Source of the DNA: a bacterium
GTDB lineage: Bacteria > Patescibacteriota > Minisyncoccia > Phycocordibacterales > Phycocordibacteraceae
DNA length: 64,000 nucleotides
Assembly: GCA_037200965.1 (NCBI GenBank)
Contig: JBBCGK010000001.1
Location: 480,001 to 544,000, forward strand
Reading direction: 5' to 3'
Numbering within the stretch: position 1 is the stretch's first letter; every line of letters begins with the position of its first letter. The notes under the pieces were generated by a model. The model saw only the letters and a list, made by a program, of their open reading frames with translations, ran no database searches and was not told the origin of the DNA. The translations under genes and the position numbers were made by a program. Positions 9,497-17,702 of this stretch are shown here, in pieces.

Positions 9497-11068
9497 TCAG
9501 TTCAGTTGCTCCCGCACCAACGAAAGATCGTTGAACAACGTTCTCGTAAGATTCGGGATTTTTTCCAGTTTGTCTGCTTGTATTAACTTCGCCATAAAAC
9601 GAATGCTTCCCTCCACTCGCTCGTCATAGAATATTTCGTGCAGAAACTTCCGCCCCTGCCGCAAATCCGTAGCATCAAACAGAAATTCCAGCTTGGCTTC
9701 GTTATCGACCATAGCAACTGCACGCCAAAAGAATCGAGGAAAATTCGCTGTCAGGAGGCTCTTGCGGACTATCTTGCTTAGGGAGGAGCGCGAAACAATC
9801 TCGCGTTTCAGATCGCTTGGGCCATTCAAAAATATGTCCCACTCGAAACGAGCCATATCACTATTGCTCGATAATTTTTTAAGCATCTCTAAAATATGAT
9901 CAAATGCCAGGATAGCATCGTACACGTCGTCAAATCGGACGCGAATTTTGCTATAGAGCGGCACGAGACACAAATCCGCGCGAGCACGGGTTATCTTCGT
10001 CCCACGCTTTCGAGACCAAGTTGTCGTTATGATGTTAGATGGGCCGCTCAGCTTGATCTCAGAGTATGGGCCGATGCCGTCGTCATGCGCATACAGTTTG
10101 GTTATGCGCGTCGCCCGTAGAAGAAAACCCGTGCGAGGTTCGGGTACTATGGGACCAGTTGTGGGCCCAAGGCCGCTGAGTGCGACCGCGTGAAATGCTC
10201 GTTTGCTTTTCTTGGAGCGTTCTAAGTTGAAGTCAAAACTCAGAATGATCGGAATATTGCCCCTCAAGAATGCATTTGCTGCGGCTTGGATATTGGCTCG
10301 CTCGGGCGTCATAAACAAATCCGCTTCGAGACCGACATTGCGCAAAACGCCAGCCATTTGATCGATATCCAAGCCGTCGTTCGGGAGAGCTAGGCCAGCT
10401 GTTGGCAGCGAAGCAAACGCTCGTTTGGTTATTTCAATAGGTGATAAGATTGGATTGTCATACAAATTCGCCGTGCCATGCAGTGTAGTCCACAGAGCGC
10501 TGGTAGCGCATGCGCCAACCTCTCGGTCTTGTTCTTGAAAAGGCAGCGCACGTACAGGCAGATCTATGCCGAAAAGATTTGGTACATATCCGCGCTCAGT
10601 GAGGAAGCGACTCGATGGATTACTCCCAACCGGCGCCAAACACGTTCGCCCAATGATGGTTTCGGGAAGAGGTTTGACAACTACAAAGCCGTGATATCCC
10701 AAGACGTCGAACCTACACTCACCGCGGCCCGAAACGAAAAGCGCTTCGACCATATCTTTATCGAACGGTTGCCGAAAAAAGTGAATTCGTGAACATTCTT
10801 TCGGATAGTTCGCGTGGCATCTCGCGTAGTATCCTGTATGATCTTCGGCGAAATGCTTGTCGATGTAGTCGCGCTCAAATACAAGAGTTTCGATTTTCGC
10901 GGCTTCACAGTAACGAGCTAGAAAAATGACCTGGGGCTTTTGTGCAATTTGCTCCAGTCTAGGTTTAAATGCTCCGGCAACAAAAAGCGCTACCAAGTTC
11001 TCTCGATTGTACTTGAGTACTTGGTAGCGCTCGCCCATGTGATCTAACTGAATATCCGCGTACGTCAC
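9497..11068 (-). CDS. hypothetical 523-aa protein with a possible papain-fold / peptidase-C39-like Cys-His domain
   Basis: Candidate catalytic Cys in EVGACATSALWTTLHG and downstream His/Asp in AFHAVALSGLG / YAHDDGIGPY. This is pattern recognition only. Its start overlaps the end of 11065..11529 by 4 nt. Confidence 0.3.
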   Translation of the reverse strand: MTYADIQLDHMGERYQVLKYNRENLVALFVAGAFKPRLEQIAQKPQVIFLARYCEAAKIETLVFERDYIDKHFAEDHTGYYARCHANYPKECSRIHFFRQPFDKDMVEALFVSGRGECRFDVLGYHGFVVVKPLPETIIGRTCLAPVGSNPSSRFLTERGYVPNLFGIDLPVRALPFQEQDREVGACATSALWTTLHGTANLYDNPILSPIEITKRAFASLPTAGLALPNDGLDIDQMAGVLRNVGLEADLFMTPERANIQAAANAFLRGNIPIILSFDFNLERSKKSKRAFHAVALSGLGPTTGPIVPEPRTGFLLRATRITKLYAHDDGIGPYSEIKLSGPSNIITTTWSRKRGTKITRARADLCLVPLYSKIRVRFDDVYDAILAFDHILEMLKKLSSNSDMARFEWDIFLNGPSDLKREIVSRSSLSKIVRKSLLTANFPRFFWRAVAMVDNEAKLEFLFDATDLRQGRKFLHEIFYDERVEGSIRFMAKLIQADKLEKIPNLTRTLFNDLSLVREQLN

Positions 11069-11529
11069 ACTGTGAACGGGATACGCCGACGGTCAGGAGA
11101 AATCTGGTTGGCTTGTTCTCGACTTTCAATTGCCTTGAGCATTGGCGAAAGACGCTTAGCGACTTGCGCAGTAAGATCAGTTCTGGAGGCCGTCGCCTTG
11201 GACTTGGGCCGTGCAGAACTCTTCGTCTTTTTGTGACGCATAGCGCAACCTCCAATTTCGGTGAGCAGGATGTTGCCCTCAGTTCCAGCCCGGCGGGTAT
11301 AAACTCCAACACGGGGATCAAAATCAAGCTCATGGACTTGACTTCCTGGAACGGGGCCGCCTAGGGCTCCCCTGTAACGAATCAGCCCTGTTCTTAACGT
11401 ACCACGAGCGCCTTCGTATCCCCAATATTTTGTATGTGGATAATCCACCAACACAAGTTCTTTGAATGGTGAGGCTGGCCGTTGCCTTTCCTCAGTGGCG
11501 TCGCCGTCCGTTGACCCAATCGCCTGCAT
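11065..11529 (-). CDS. hypothetical protein (154 aa), first gene of the R4-R3 segment, translationally coupled to the 523-aa gene
   Basis: ORF overlapping the downstream gene by 4 nt (ATGA-type overlap); no recognisable motif. Confidence 0.45.
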   Translation of the reverse strand: MQAIGSTDGDATEERQRPASPFKELVLVDYPHTKYWGYEGARGTLRTGLIRYRGALGGPVPGSQVHELDFDPRVGVYTRRAGTEGNILLTEIGGCAMRHKKTKSSARPKSKATASRTDLTAQVAKRLSPMLKAIESREQANQISPDRRRIPFTV

Positions 11530-11668
11530 AACAATTTAATGCCTTCCTTCTGGCAGCAGACCACTAGGAGCGGCAGACGGCCGTTCATTATCAGCGTGGA
11601 TCATTGGCTGGACCGAGCCCCAATCGGTGACTGATTCGTACGGCTAAAGACCGCTCGGGTCAACTAAG

Positions 11669-11704
11669 GTTGCACAACCTCCTTTTTACGAACGATCCTG
11701 CAGG
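11669..11704. repeat. 36-bp direct repeat R4, 32 bp from the cas2 stop codon
   Basis: Exact copy of the 36-mer; the cas2 stop codon is at 11737..11739. Confidence 0.97.
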
Positions 11705-11736
11705 AGTCCGTGTATATTGAGCGGTAACGCGAATTA

Positions 11737-12033
11737 CTAGACAATCTCAAAGGACTTGATCTTATAATACTCCCCGATAACGGCATCGGCAGTTGAATTA
11801 AGTGCGCATGATTTGCAGGAAGAAAATAGATGCAGCCGATCCCGTTTTCCCGTGAATAGCGATCGCATCTTCATTTCAAATTCCCGGCGCTCCTTAAAGG
11901 AAAGGCGTCCGACGTAGAGAGTCTGTTGAAGTGCGGATAAACCATAGTCCTTTGATAACTTTTCCGCGCGGATCTGGCGCTGCCGATTGGCGGTTCTCCA
12001 GGCGACTATTGCAAGGAAGCATGGATCATTCAT
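11737..12033 (-). CDS. cas2: CRISPR-associated endoribonuclease Cas2
   Basis: A 98-aa ORF overlapping cas1 by 4 nt. It has the Cas2-like pattern ...LYVGRLSFKERRE... (compare E. coli Cas2 GVYVGDVSAKIRE) and a hydrophobic N-terminal strand. Confidence 0.7.
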   Translation of the reverse strand: MNDPCFLAIVAWRTANRQRQIRAEKLSKDYGLSALQQTLYVGRLSFKERREFEMKMRSLFTGKRDRLHLFSSCKSCALNSTADAVIGEYYKIKSFEIV

Positions 12034-13085
12034 GGTGCCGCATATTCAAACGGCACATATAAGGGCGCTTTTTCAAGAAATACCCGGCTTAAGAGCTCGC
12101 TCTGTTCCGTAATGGTATTGCGGAGCGTACGGCGTTTCCCGTGATGGAGGACTTTCGACTCGAGGCGCTTAAGCACCGCCTCAACCACCTTGCTCTTTCC
12201 TTGCGCAGAAAGCCGATATTCGATCTTGCTTACCTGCTCGAAATCGCCGCGCTTGCCAAGTTCCTGAGAAATGAAGAGCGGCATGACTGCAGCGTCGACG
12301 ACGGGGACCCGAAACTCTTCGACCAGATCGAGGACGAGCGCGGGCTTGCCGTAACGCTCGGAATGATAAAGTCCGAGATACGGGTCGAGACCGATATAAA
12401 GGCACGCCCGCTCGACTTCGTTATAGAGGATGCCGTATCCGTAATTAAGAGCGCTGTTGAACTTGTCCCTGCCTTGCGGTATCCGGCCCGGGAACTTAAA
12501 AAGCGATTTCATGCCTTGCCAATAGCGCTCTGCAATGGATCCTTCAAGGCCAAGCAGTTCCTCGTTCACCCGGTTGCTCGGAAGCAGCTTCGCTATCGAC
12601 TCAAAAACCGCCTCCGCCTGCATCCGCTCCTTCGCATTCTCCGCACCGTATCGGTCGGCAAGATGGCGCATAAAGCGGATTTGGTTGCGGCACTTACCGA
12701 CAACGAAGGTACGCGCAAGTTCGAAGGATTTAGCCGGATCGGAGGAAGTCGTAAGCTGTGCGCGGCGCAATGTCGCGAGCCCCTTCGGGTCGCTTGAGAA
12801 AATGCGCCCGACGGGTTTCCCAAATGCGCCGAGATAGACGATATCGACTTCGTGCTCGAGCGCGAGTTGCACCGCATGCATGGAAATGGAGGACGGACGG
12901 AGTATGACGATCTTAGCAAGCCGCCGGACCGGATACTCCTTCTTAACCCGGAGAAGCTTTACCGCAGTTCCCCGCTTGCGACGCCTGCCACCCCCAAGCG
13001 GCTTTCGCGGAACCGGGAGACTGACCGTAATACGCTCGCCCGTCGCGCCGATGAAGCTGCCATAGGTATCTATCAGCAAATCCAT
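12030..13085 (-). CDS. cas1: CRISPR-associated integrase Cas1
   Basis: Hallmark NALNYGYGILYNEVERACLYIGLDPYLGLYHSERYGKPALVLDLVEEFRVPVVD (Cas1 catalytic region with conserved H/E/D), 351 aa. Confidence 0.85.
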   Translation of the reverse strand: MDLLIDTYGSFIGATGERITVSLPVPRKPLGGGRRRKRGTAVKLLRVKKEYPVRRLAKIVILRPSSISMHAVQLALEHEVDIVYLGAFGKPVGRIFSSDPKGLATLRRAQLTTSSDPAKSFELARTFVVGKCRNQIRFMRHLADRYGAENAKERMQAEAVFESIAKLLPSNRVNEELLGLEGSIAERYWQGMKSLFKFPGRIPQGRDKFNSALNYGYGILYNEVERACLYIGLDPYLGLYHSERYGKPALVLDLVEEFRVPVVDAAVMPLFISQELGKRGDFEQVSKIEYRLSAQGKSKVVEAVLKRLESKVLHHGKRRTLRNTITEQSELLSRVFLEKAPLYVPFEYAAP

Positions 13086-13140
13086 GGGGCGTATATACTA
13101 CCGCCTTGACCTAGTGTCAAGGATCACGCAACGCCCTCGC

Positions 13141-14571
13141 TTACCCAAGCCTCGGAAACAGATTCTCCGGTTTCTTATTTTCCGTAACCGCCTCTTTTAT
13201 TTTCTCGCTCGTCGACGGCATGAAAGGACTGAGGAAACGGGCAATCCAATAGAGCTCGGCGGCGAGCCCGGCAATGATCGCTCTTCCCTTTTCCGGATCG
13301 TTCTTCACGAGCTTGAACGGCTCTTCGGCCGTGATGCGTTCGTCGGCAGCTTGTATGCGCGCGAATATGTAATCGAGCGCCTGATCGAAACGGAAAGCTG
13401 CGAACGCATCAATATATTCTTTCGGAAACGCTTCCGACGGGGCAGGACGCGCGACCGGCTCCGGAAGGTGCGTCTCGGCAAGCTTCATCACACGCGCGAC
13501 GAGGTTCCCGAGGCCGTTCGTAAGATTCGCGGTATACCACTCATCAAGCCGCTCCCACGTGACATCGGAATCTTCAACCGGATGCACGTGCCGAAGCAGC
13601 ATGTAGCGGGTGGCGTCCGTACCGTATTTCGCAACAAGCTCGCCCGGGCTTATGACATTCCCGAGACTCTTGCTCATCCGCTGCCCGCCGGAATTTATGA
13701 ATCCGTGATAGAAGACCTGATCGGTGTTCTTAATGCCGGCCGAAAAGAGCATCGCCTGCCACATAAGCGACTGGAATCGCACCTGATCCTTCCCTGCCGT
13801 CTGGAGCGTTTGTCCTTCCTCCCAGAACTTCTTGAAATTGCCGTCCGCGTCTCCGGGCCATCCGAGCGCCGAGATGTAGTTCGTAAGAGCGTCGAACCAG
13901 ACGTACATAACCTGCGTATCGTCTCCCGGAACCGGAACCCCCCACGAAAGCCGCGCTTTCTCGCGCGAGATACTGAAATCCTCGAGCCCTCCTTTCACGA
14001 AGCTGAGCGCCTCCTCCCTCCTCCACTCAGGAATTACGACATCCGGACGGGCGAGGTACTCGATCAGGCGGTCCTGATACTTTGAATATCTAAAGAAATG
14101 ATTTTCTTCCGAAATCTCCTGGAGCTCGAGATTTGGGTGGAGCACGCAATGCCCGTCGGCCAGCTCCTTTTCCGTCTTGTACGCTTCGCATCCGACGCAA
14201 TACCAGCCAACATAGGCCTTCTTATATATATCCCCCGCTGCCTCGCACCGCTTCCACATCTCCTCGGCAGCCCTGATATGCTCGGGGCTCGTCGTCCGCA
14301 TGAACCCGTCGTTAGTGAGTGCGAGCGTCTCCCTAAGCGAGCGTACCCGTCCCGCATAGTCGTCGACGTAGGCCTGCACATCCTGTCCTACTTTTTCGGC
14401 TGACTGGAATATCTTTTGCCCGTGCTCGTCGGTTCCAGTCGAGAAAAATACTTCTTCGCCAGAAAGCCGCCAGAAACGCGCAAGCGCGTCGGCCTGCACA
14501 AGCTCGAGCGCGAAGCCGATATGCTGATCGGCATTCACGTACGGAATCGTTGTCGTTACGTATCTCGCCAT
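13141..14571 (-). CDS. metG: methionyl-tRNA synthetase, short form without a C-terminal tRNA-binding domain
   Basis: Class I HIGH-like PYVNADQHIGF, Zn-knuckle CVGCEAY...GHC, KMSKS (RMSKSLGNVISP); 476 aa. Confidence 0.85.
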   Translation of the reverse strand: MARYVTTTIPYVNADQHIGFALELVQADALARFWRLSGEEVFFSTGTDEHGQKIFQSAEKVGQDVQAYVDDYAGRVRSLRETLALTNDGFMRTTSPEHIRAAEEMWKRCEAAGDIYKKAYVGWYCVGCEAYKTEKELADGHCVLHPNLELQEISEENHFFRYSKYQDRLIEYLARPDVVIPEWRREEALSFVKGGLEDFSISREKARLSWGVPVPGDDTQVMYVWFDALTNYISALGWPGDADGNFKKFWEEGQTLQTAGKDQVRFQSLMWQAMLFSAGIKNTDQVFYHGFINSGGQRMSKSLGNVISPGELVAKYGTDATRYMLLRHVHPVEDSDVTWERLDEWYTANLTNGLGNLVARVMKLAETHLPEPVARPAPSEAFPKEYIDAFAAFRFDQALDYIFARIQAADERITAEEPFKLVKNDPEKGRAIIAGLAAELYWIARFLSPFMPSTSEKIKEAVTENKKPENLFPRLG

Positions 14572-15621
14572 TTATGCCGCAAGGCGCGCGCGCTCCCTGC
14601 GCGCCTTGTCAATGTCGCTCACGAACTCCTGGAGAATCGCCGCGAGCGGGACCGAGAGGAAAACCCCGAGGAACCCGGCGAGTTCCCCGCCCGCGATAAG
14701 GGCGACGATGACGAGGAGCGGCGGCACGCCGATGATCTTCTTCACCACGAGCGGGTAGATGAGGTTCGCCTCGAACTGGTTCACGACGACGAAGAGCCCG
14801 GCGACAATGAACGCAAGGGGCGTCCCGCCGAATGTCCAGGCGACGACGATCGCCGGAACCGCCGCGATGAAGGAGCCGAAGACCGGGATGATTTCGCACA
14901 TCGCCGTGAAGATGCCAAGAAGCAGAGCATAGGGAACGCCGAGAATGAGGAGGCCGAGATAGACGAGAATGCCTGCGAGAAGCGACATGAGAAGCTGTCC
15001 CTGCATCCAGAGGCCGATCTTCTGCTGCGAACGCCGCCAGAGGCCGACGACATACTGCTCCTTCGAGACCGGCGTGATGAGGCGTATGAAATCCTCGACG
15101 CCCGACTCCTGCACGGAGAAATAAAACGAGAGGACGATAACGAGGAAGAGCGAGAACGCGCCGCCGAAGAACGCGGCAAGAAGATTGATCGCGCCTTGGG
15201 AACCGGCCGCAAGCCCGTCGCGAAGCGCGAGCAGCTCGCCAAGCACGTTGCCTCCCCCGCCCTGGTCGGTGAGCGAAGCGGGAAGATTCACGCTCTCAAG
15301 ATAGTGCGGGACGCTTGAGAAGAAGCCGCCCGCCTCGTCGAGTATCGGCGGGAAGAAGAAAAACAGCACGATGAACACCGCGCCGAACACGATGAGATAC
15401 ATGGCAAGGACCGCCAACACGCGCGGGAAGCGGTACCGCATAAAGAAATGCACGCCGGGGCGTATCGCCGAGGCGAGGACGACGGCGGTAATGAGGAGAA
15501 GCACGAGGCCCTTGAGCGTCCAGAGGGCATAGGCGCCCGCGGCGATAACGAGCGCCATGAGCATCGTTCCCGGGGTGATGGTGATCGAGAACTGCTTATC
15601 CATGGCGGAATAGTAACACAA
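14572..15621 (-). CDS. AI-2E family transporter (PerM/YhhT-like, UPF0118)
   Basis: Polytopic membrane protein of ~340 aa with typical AI-2E topology and sequence feel. Confidence 0.6.
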   Translation of the reverse strand: MCYYSAMDKQFSITITPGTMLMALVIAAGAYALWTLKGLVLLLITAVVLASAIRPGVHFFMRYRFPRVLAVLAMYLIVFGAVFIVLFFFFPPILDEAGGFFSSVPHYLESVNLPASLTDQGGGGNVLGELLALRDGLAAGSQGAINLLAAFFGGAFSLFLVIVLSFYFSVQESGVEDFIRLITPVSKEQYVVGLWRRSQQKIGLWMQGQLLMSLLAGILVYLGLLILGVPYALLLGIFTAMCEIIPVFGSFIAAVPAIVVAWTFGGTPLAFIVAGLFVVVNQFEANLIYPLVVKKIIGVPPLLVIVALIAGGELAGFLGVFLSVPLAAILQEFVSDIDKARRERARLAA

Positions 15622-15668
15622 AGGGCGCTCCGAATGGAGCGCCCTGAGTTTCCGTTTCCGGCACTCCT

Positions 15669-16190
15669 TCAGCGTGCCGCAGCGCCAAGCTGCTCGTCGG
15701 GGAGCCTGTCGTCGGGCGACATGAAGAGCGCAACCACCCCAAGGACGACAGACAGAAATCCGAATCCCGGATTAGCTCCGAGGCCTGCGGAGAGGAGCAC
15801 GAGCGCGGGCATGGTGAGCGAAATCGTCGTCGCCCCCAAGTGGAGGACCGGGTGTTCGATCGCGTTCACGCTGCGCGGATAGCCGAAGTCCGAGACGTAA
15901 AGCAGAAGAAGCAGTGTGGCTGCGGTACTCGCGACGCCGATCACCCAAGAACCGCCGAGGAAAAGCATGACGGTGCCCGCGGCCGCAAAGACTGCCGAAG
16001 GCGCCGCAATGGTTGCCTGCATTTTATTCATCTTTTGCAGGATGCCCATGCCGACCGCAAGCAAGAATACAATACCCATCACCCTATTCTGCTGGGCGAG
16101 CACATTGACATGAAACAGGGAGCTGGTGACGTAAAAGTACAAAGGACCGGTTGCCATGAGGGCAGCCGCGAATATCTTGTTCATGAGCAA
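15669..16190 (-). CDS. hypothetical integral membrane protein
   Basis: A 173-aa ORF with several hydrophobic helices. Confidence 0.4.
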   Translation of the reverse strand: MLMNKIFAAALMATGPLYFYVTSSLFHVNVLAQQNRVMGIVFLLAVGMGILQKMNKMQATIAAPSAVFAAAGTVMLFLGGSWVIGVASTAATLLLLLYVSDFGYPRSVNAIEHPVLHLGATTISLTMPALVLLSAGLGANPGFGFLSVVLGVVALFMSPDDRLPDEQLGAAAR

Positions 16191-16276
16191 TCTCCCGATT
16201 TGGCACGCAGGATGCGGGCCGAGCCTCTGAGCAGCAGAGTAGCGCTGCTTGTAGAAAGTGCAAGAGGTTCTTCTGC

Positions 16277-17674
16277 TTATGAAAGCGTTGCCCTTAGTCT
16301 CTCGGCAACCTGCCCGACCGTAAGGCGCTCCTGCGCTCCGGTATCCCGGTCGCGAAGCGTCACGGTGTCCTTAAGTTCCGGCATCTCCCCGAGCGTATCG
16401 AAGTCGATTGTCACGCACCAGGGCGTTCCGATCTCGTCCTGCCTCCGGTAGCGCTTGCCGATGTTGCCGTTATCGTCCCAGGCGATTGCCGGATGGATCT
16501 TCTTAAGGGCCGCGCGCACTTCCCTCGCCTTTTCGACGAGTTCCGGCTTGTTTTTGAGGAGCGGAAAGACCGCCGCTTTCACCGGCGCGACCTTCGGCGA
16601 GAGCGCGAGACGTATCCGCTTTTCTCCGCCAAGTTCGTCCTCCTGATACGCATCGAGAAGAATCGCGAAGAACAGGCGCCCGACACCTCCCGAGGATTCT
16701 ATGATGTGCGGGATGAAGCGGGTGCCGCTTTCTTCGTCGAAGTAATCGAGCGACTTCCCGCTTCCTTTCGAGTGCTGCGTAAGGTCGTAATCGCCGCGCG
16801 CGTGAATACCCTCGAGCTCGTCGAACCCCCACGGGAAACGATATTCGATATCCCACGCGTCTTTCGCATAGAACACGAGATTCTCATGCCGTTTCCAGCG
16901 AAGATTGTCCGCGTCAAATCCCAGTTCGAGGATCGCATTCCATCGGTACTCCCTGAGTTTCTCGTACTCGGACATCTCCTGCTCCGGACGCGTAAAATAC
17001 TGCATTTCCATCTGTTCGAACTCGCGCCCGCGAAAGAGAAACTGCCGCGGCGATATTTCGTTCCGGAACGCCTTGCCGATCTGCGCGATGCCAAACGGCA
17101 ATTTCATGGGGTTCGAGTCGAGCACGTTCTTGTAGTCCACGTAAATGCCCTGGCATGTCTCTCCGCGAAGATATGCCGGGGCGCTGCCCTGTTCGGTGAA
17201 GTCGCCGAGATTCGACTTCACGAGCAGATTGAACTTTCGCGCCAGAGAGAAATCGTGGCTCCCGCACTTCTCGCACGCGATTTCCGCCCGGTGCGCGTCG
17301 AAGAGCTTGTTTATCTCGTCCTCGCTCATCTTCTCGTCAGCCACGATTCCTATCGATTCGAGCGCCTTATCAACCCGTATGCGCGTATTGCACACCTTGC
17401 ACTCCGCCATCGGGTCTGAGAAGCCTTTCGTATGGCCGCTCGCTTCCCAGACGCGCGGATTCATGAAGATCGCCGCATCGAGGCCGACGATATCGTCCCG
17501 ATCGTATACCATCTTTCTCCACCACTGCGCTTTCAGGTTGTTTTCGAGTTCGACGCCGAGAGGGCCGAAATCGTAGACCCCGGCGAAACCGCCGTAGATT
17601 TCGGAGCTCGGATACACGAACCCCCGGCGCTTCGCGAGCGACACGATCTTCTCCATCTTGTCCGCAGCCTCCAT
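16277..17674 (-). CDS. glyQS: glycyl-tRNA synthetase (dimeric alpha2 type)
   Basis: 465 aa with the class II GlyRS pattern (…RRGFVYPSSEIYGGFAGVYDFGPLG…) and a C-terminal anticodon-binding domain. Confidence 0.85.
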   Translation of the reverse strand: MEAADKMEKIVSLAKRRGFVYPSSEIYGGFAGVYDFGPLGVELENNLKAQWWRKMVYDRDDIVGLDAAIFMNPRVWEASGHTKGFSDPMAECKVCNTRIRVDKALESIGIVADEKMSEDEINKLFDAHRAEIACEKCGSHDFSLARKFNLLVKSNLGDFTEQGSAPAYLRGETCQGIYVDYKNVLDSNPMKLPFGIAQIGKAFRNEISPRQFLFRGREFEQMEMQYFTRPEQEMSEYEKLREYRWNAILELGFDADNLRWKRHENLVFYAKDAWDIEYRFPWGFDELEGIHARGDYDLTQHSKGSGKSLDYFDEESGTRFIPHIIESSGGVGRLFFAILLDAYQEDELGGEKRIRLALSPKVAPVKAAVFPLLKNKPELVEKAREVRAALKKIHPAIAWDDNGNIGKRYRRQDEIGTPWCVTIDFDTLGEMPELKDTVTLRDRDTGAQERLTVGQVAERLRATLS

Positions 17675-17702
17675 ATCGAATCCGTTATAGCAAAGCCGCG
17701 GA

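Larger units (their letters stand above)
5735..11704 (-). CRISPR. atypical CRISPR-like array: four identical 36-bp repeats 32 bp downstream of cas2, separated by 1584, 1411 and 2939 bp gene-carrying segments instead of ~30-40 bp spacers
   Basis: The repeat length (36 bp), the perfect identity and the position and orientation directly after cas1-cas2 are as for a CRISPR array. The inter-repeat distances are about 40-80 times too long and contain ORFs. No short-spacer units were seen anywhere in the window. Confidence 0.5.

Noticed and set aside
5735-11704. The 36-bp repeats as integron attC sites
   Set aside because: attC sites are variable in sequence and form imperfect inverted-repeat hairpins. 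These four copies are identical, lack attC architecture, and no IntI gene is present.
5735-11704. The repeats as conserved Rhs core/C-terminal junction sequences mediating orphan toxin-tip cassette swapping
   Set aside because: In that model the cassette ORFs would follow on the same strand as the Rhs-like gene. Here all cassette genes are on the opposite strand, and the plus-strand translation of the repeat (CTTSFLRTILQ) is not a known Rhs junction motif.
13084-14085. Long plus-strand ORFs antisense to aaRS and other strongly supported genes (for example 13084..14085, 14416..15318, 22256..24130, 30174..31142, 32150..32773, 34162..34971)
   Set aside because: The opposite strand carries unambiguous MetRS, AI-2E, IleRS, SHMT and other homology. 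These ORFs are Arg/Ser-rich shadow ORFs typical of GC-rich antisense frames.
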